Shown here one piece after another: positions 59,001 to 64,000 of a DNA stretch of 64,000 nucleotides (position 1 is the first letter of the stretch; every line of letters begins with the position of its first letter). The stretch is taken from contig NIVC01001891.1 of NCBI GenBank assembly GCA_002269645.1, positions 1 to 64,000 of the forward strand, written 5' to 3'. A program made the position numbers and the translations under genes. This DNA is from Macrostomum lignano (taxonomy: Eukaryota). The notes below the pieces were generated by a model, which worked only from the letters and a program-made list of their open reading frames with translations, was not told the origin of the DNA and did not search any database.

Positions 59001-62000
59001 GGAAGCAAACTTACGAAAGCGAAAAAAGGTACGTAAGATTTCTTGGAAAAAAATTTGCGAGCTAGTTTGTGCTATACTTTCAAGTACACGGTATTTACTG
59101 AGTAAATTTTACTGCACCATCTTTTTTGAGCGTACATGTCTACACGTCTCTGCAAATATTGCAACATTTCTGCTACTATAATCCAGTATGGCTTAGTCGC
59201 CCATGTGCATGTCATCTAGCTGTATGATTTCACGTCGAAACGGACGAATAATGCGCGTTAAAAACGCAAAAGTCAAACTGTGCGTCCCTGCAAAAAGACT
59301 TCTTGTTTGCGCCTCAAATGAAAGAAAAAGAAAATCGTCTGCTTTTTTATGAGTTAATTTTTACTCAATTGTATTGTATCCATCGCACAGCTGTGATACG
59401 TATATTTCTGTCTATTTAGATCATCAAACAGTTTAAAGTTACATAGAACTTGTTATGTTGCGAAATTTCAGTATTAGAAAATCAGAGCTTCTAAATTTCA
59501 TAAAAATTGCATAATAACAAGACTAATAAGGTTTCGGACAGTGCTGAAAGTTTGCATGTTACGAAAGATATTTTTGAGCAGAAAAAAACAAATTTATGAA
59601 GCACTATAAGTGGCTTTAGTTCGACAAAATCCATTTTCACGCCGGTTGAATCACTTCCTCACTGGGATGATTCAACGTCGAGTCGTCCGTATCCAGATCG
59701 ACAGGGGACGCCGCGTGGTGGAGGCATCGACGCGCATGCATTTGCGATGATGCAGATGATCAGATAGCAGAGATTTCAACCGTGCGCTCCAGGATCAGGG
59801 GAATTCTGTAGAAATTCTTCCGTAGTTTTGACAGTGCGCGGTTTCTTATCTCAAACAGATTGCCTAACCAAGAATTAACGATGTAATTCTTTCTAGGCAT
59901 TTTCAAGTGCAATAATTTGATATTTCTTAGTCAGTAGGACTTATAATGCTAGTAGTACAAGCAAGCACTCTTATTGCTAAAACCTCACCATGCCAGAAAA
60001 TACTCTTACATGTACTTCCGAGAGTAATAAATTAAAATAACTTAATTAGTTGACCCCTTGTCTGCCCCACGTACCCTGCAGTACGTTTCGCTAGTAGAGA
60101 ATCTGCCGTGAGTTATTCCCCGCTGCAATAGACTAGCTATACACTCGCCACGCGGCAGATTTTGTCTGCATTGCCTCCCCAATGCTTAGTACATATGTAA
60201 GTCTTAAAAAAAGAGATTTACCCGATCAAAACTTTTTGATTGTAACTGCATATCAAATGCATATTTTGGGGGGGGGGGTTGACTTGCTTGCAGTCTCGAG
60301 AATTGCTTCTGGATCGCAGCATATGCTTCTTGAGTTGATAAACCTCATCTAGAAGTCTACTACCATGTTCTGCTCCTGCAGCTTGCACGCAGTCGGCTTT
60401 TTCTTTATTCTTACGAGTATTAACAGTTTTACTTGGTTGCTGAGCTGGGTGAGTTCGTACGACTATATAAGCATACAAGTCTATAGTTTAGAGGTCTGGG
60501 GCAAGGGAGGCCGCGGCCCCTTTATGCTGGCGCCCCTTGGTTCTGCTAAAGCCACCGGTGCTGGTGCCTCTCTATACTCTCAAATGAATTGGTGCCAACT
60601 CAAATCAAAGGGTAATGGGTCATGAAAAGTACTGCACTTCTTTCGCTCTCACCAAGTCCTTGAATCTACCCCTCGGTTTTCCTCCCTCGCACACGTACGT
60701 CCTTTAACTTTCATTAACATTTGACGTTCAAATAAAATATGCATAAAAATCAATGATTAAAACAGATTATTTTTTTAAAAGCATAGTAATTCAATTACAA
60801 AACGATCAAAGTCATTCAATGACTTTCATTATTAATTTTGCGTCTGATTTTCGCATTCATTATTCTGACTGCGGGGTGGGCGGGTGAATCTGGAGAAAGT
60901 TAACAATAGATTGGATAGACACGCTCGTATTAGAAAAAGAGAAAATGTCTATCTACCATTTTTATACACAGCTATAAAAACAAGGAGTATTAGAAAATAA
61001 AATTGTTTGAGAAAGCTCAAAAAATTAAAACAAAATTTTCAGCTTCGCTTTTTTTGCAAGCATATAGTACACAAGATGCATAATATTGCCATATCGTAAA
61101 TCTAATCAGAATTTCGATCTGATTCGCATTCACAAAAAATTATAAACTCTCTCCAGGAGAGAAAATTTGTTTAGGATAATTCTAAAGTTTTCTAAAACCA
61201 ATTGAAACTGCTGGAGAACTATCTCTGAAAAAATATCTATTTTGATGGCATTTACATTATCGTACACATAATTTACTCTGATCACGGACGGAAATTGAAT
61301 GGAATGTAAAAATAAAATTTTTGTATATATTAGCAACATTTTACCAATACGAATTAAAACAATAATATTTAAACATCAATGGGAAGTATTTAAATAAACA
61401 GTATAATTCTTTGCATCACAGACAGAAAACAAAATTAAAAGGAAAGCGTTATAACAAGCGCTTGAAAATGGACAGCACATCGAGTGTAGCGTTAAGCGTT
61501 TATACATTCAGACTTAAATTTTTATCGATTGCAGACAAAAATTGGACGGATTTGAAATTTGTTTAAATTGTAATATCAGATCAAATATAATATTACGCAA
61601 TAGTACGTTTAAAAGCTATTAAATATTATTCAAAATATTTAAACAATGATATTATTAATTGCATCACATGCACAAACAGTAAATTAGAAAAAAAGAAGAA
61701 AAAACTATATAAGCGCTTGAAAATGGACGGAGCGTTGAGTATAGACTTCGACTGTTTTATCACATTTTAATTAATAGAGTAAATGTACAATACTAGCCTA
61801 CTCATAAGAGTAGGAAACTGAGGAGAAGATGTTAAATCTGAGGCACTCCGAGGTAAAAGATAAAAGTTTAAAAACAAAATAGATAAGGCAACACAGCGAT
61901 GTTAAATCGAGTAAAGATCTACTAAACAATGCTAATAGCTATAGCTACTACATACTACTTGTATATACTACTGTTCTTCTACAACAAAAGGAGCAGTACA

Positions 62001-62561
62001 GCATTAAGTGTTTTACTGATAAAAGAAACCAGAAAACAACAGAGAAAGAACATCAAGTTTCAGTCATCAAAAGGCACCAACACAAGCTATATGGGCTTAG
62101 AAAATCTGCAAAACAGACGATTCATAGGAAAACAGAAAATCCAAGAAAGCAAAGCGTAAGAGGAAGACTCAAAAATTAAAACAAAATACAACAAAAAAAT
62201 CAATGAAGGGCGGAGGAAGTTTTACTAATTATACACATTTCACTGTCAAGGCTATAACGACTTTTTTAGTAAAGTTAATGTAAAATACATGCAACATTTT
62301 GTTTTACACTTTTTGCTAAGTATTATAGTTTGCCAAAACTGCAATCTAATTCTATTCTACTTAGTTCTATAAATAGCAACCTGCACTTTGGGCCATAGAC
62401 ATCGAATGTTGAAAACTGCGATTAAATTCGTCTCTGGCAGAATCATCACCCTGGAGCGTGCAAATTGTTAATGTCTATGGTAAAAAACACTTGTTAGCGA
62501 GCAAGAATTCATTTAGTTTAAAAACTTGCTTTCAAATCCAAAATAGATCCCAATAATCCCA

Positions 62562-63704
62562 TTAAATACCCAGCAAGTTGTCAAGCGAACCAACAGCCCC
62601 GACAAAATTCTCGTCGATCCATTCGTCCTGCTCGTGCTGCATAATGGGGGACGGAGTGCTCGGCAGGCCGATCATGAGGCCGTTCAAAGAGCCATTCAAA
62701 CTGGCAGGATTCTGATGCTGCTGATGCTGATCACCCATGCCACCGTGGTTGGACCCGTTGGTGAGCCACCAGCTGGGCGGCGGCAGGGCCATGCCGTGCA
62801 GCGTCAAATCCAGCAAGCTGTCGGGATTCGACATGTCAAGCGCCGGCGTCGGGTCAGCCAGTACAGCGTCGTCATCCGGTTCAAACAGCCAGCGCTCGTC
62901 TTCGTCGAGATCTCCGACGCCGATGATGCCGCCTGGTAGAGCTACGAGAGAGTCGGCGCCAACGTTCGACACGGCGGTGGCCGCTGTAGAGTCTTTGCCT
63001 GGCGTCAGTGAAACTGACGATGCTGTCAGAGTGGAAACCGCGACGGAGGCCGCCGCTGCGGCTGCCGTTGTCGCCGCTACAGAGACGGCCGTGGCTGCGG
63101 CGGCGGCGGCAGAGGCTGCGGCAGCTGCTGCCGCTGTTGAAGCCGGCTGAGCCGTCAGGGTCGGGTCGCGGACTCGAGTCTCCACAGGGCCGCCGCTTAG
63201 AGCCATGGACACCCAGTGACCGCTGGAGTCGTGTCTGCCGCCGCTGTCCGCATCGACGCTTCTTCCGTTGCCAAATCTGCTCTCATCCTGGATTCGCCTC
63301 AGCTTTGCCGCCGCCGGGTGGTCGCTTAGCAACGGCGACTCGTCAGTTTGTTCATCGTGACTGTGATGCCGTCGATTGTTGTTGCCATGGAAACCGGCGC
63401 CGCCGTTTACAAGAGGCGAATCGAAAAGATGCAATGGCGGTGGCGGCAGCTGATGATGATGCTGAGGCTGCGTTGAGCGTTGACGCTTTAACAATCCGTG
63501 AGATGAAGGCGACACCTGATGATGCTGGTACTGCTGCTGCTGCGCATTAGCCAGCTCAAACTGGCCAGTGTAGTCTGGATTCAGGCGCCAGTAGCCGCCG
63601 CAACTGCCGGCGCTTCCGCTGCCACCACGGCTGGCCGCTTCGTCTTTGCGTCGAGGTACGCGTTGGAAGCAACGATTGAGGGTCAGGTTGTAGCGGACGG
63701 CGCT
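62562..63704 (-). CDS. FOXJ1: FoxJ1-like forkhead transcription factor, last coding exon (5' part lies beyond window)
   Basis: Acceptor tctctcccag at 63705; 1143-nt in-frame exon to TAA: SAVRYNLTLNRCFQRVPRRKDE-(insert)-GGYWRLNPDY is the C-terminal half of a forkhead domain with the FoxJ1-type VPRxKDE...GGxWR wing, phase-0 intron at the usual WQ|N position, and C-terminal LDLTLHG...PPSWW resembling the FoxJ1 DLTVHG motif. Confidence 0.8.
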   Translation of the reverse strand, partial: SAVRYNLTLNRCFQRVPRRKDEAASRGGSGSAGSCGGYWRLNPDYTGQFELANAQQQQYQHHQVSPSSHGLLKRQRSTQPQHHHQLPPPPLHLFDSPLVNGGAGFHGNNNRRHHSHDEQTDESPLLSDHPAAAKLRRIQDESRFGNGRSVDADSGGRHDSSGHWVSMALSGGPVETRVRDPTLTAQPASTAAAAAAASAAAAAATAVSVAATTAAAAAASVAVSTLTASSVSLTPGKDSTAATAVSNVGADSLVALPGGIIGVGDLDEDERWLFEPDDDAVLADPTPALDMSNPDSLLDLTLHGMALPPPSWWLTNGSNHGGMGDQHQQHQNPASLNGSLNGLMIGLPSTPSPIMQHEQDEWIDENFVGAVGSLDNLLGI

Positions 63705-64000
63705 CTGGGAGAGACGGGGGTTGTTGGAGATAATTTTAGAGTCGGTAACTACGAGCTTTACAAGCTACTAGCTGGCCAACAAGTTGGGTTATTGGGATAA
63801 GTATGCGTTGTGTTGCCCGATAAGGGGCGTCGCCACCGGGGTGGGGACAAGGGGAACATGTCCCCCAGTAAAAACTATGGGGGACATGCCAATGCTTTGC
63901 CCCACCCCACCCACCCAACTTTGTGACCCGTTATGGAAATAAATTTTGCTTCAGGGTGGCAAAATATAGTACCTGCGGCGCCAAAATGAGTACCTGCGGC

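Noticed and set aside
62393-62480. Small ccatagacat...atgtctatgg MITE
   Set aside because: Only 10-bp inverted ends and no TSD; kept only as support for the motif-cluster finding.

Overview
Eukaryotic (metazoan) genomic DNA with GT-AG introns, many micro/minisatellites and nested transposons. The style resembles a free-living flatworm such as Macrostomum, but this is an unverified inference. Host genes reconstructed by hand: a PAF-acetylhydrolase (PAFAH2/PLA2G7-like, minus, six exons, start exon not found); USH1G/ANKS4B (SANS-like, plus, two exons); two tandem DEG/ENaC channel paralogs (minus, four exons each); a MATH-BTB (SPOP-like) gene (minus, three exons); and the last exon of a FoxJ1-like forkhead gene (minus). 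Mobile DNA includes a full-length APE-RT-RNaseH LINE interrupted by a complete P-element/THAP9-type transposon, which is itself interrupted by a 5'-truncated LINE. There is also an internally deleted mini-P element, a P-type MITE, a Crypton-like fragment, CORE-type SINEs and a four-layer nest of non-autonomous DNA elements. Most notable: (1) the FoxJ1-like protein has its normally near-invariant DNA-recognition residues replaced (NSIRH to SAVRY); (2) the LINE insertion splits the P transposase into an in-frame THAP/LINE zinc-knuckle chimera plus a separately ATG-initiated catalytic half; (3) the two DEG/ENaC paralogs are 99% identical in exon 1 only, with identity ending at the exon edge, and the retained start of intron 3 encodes a TM2-like peptide. 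All coordinates and identities were read by eye, without tools.
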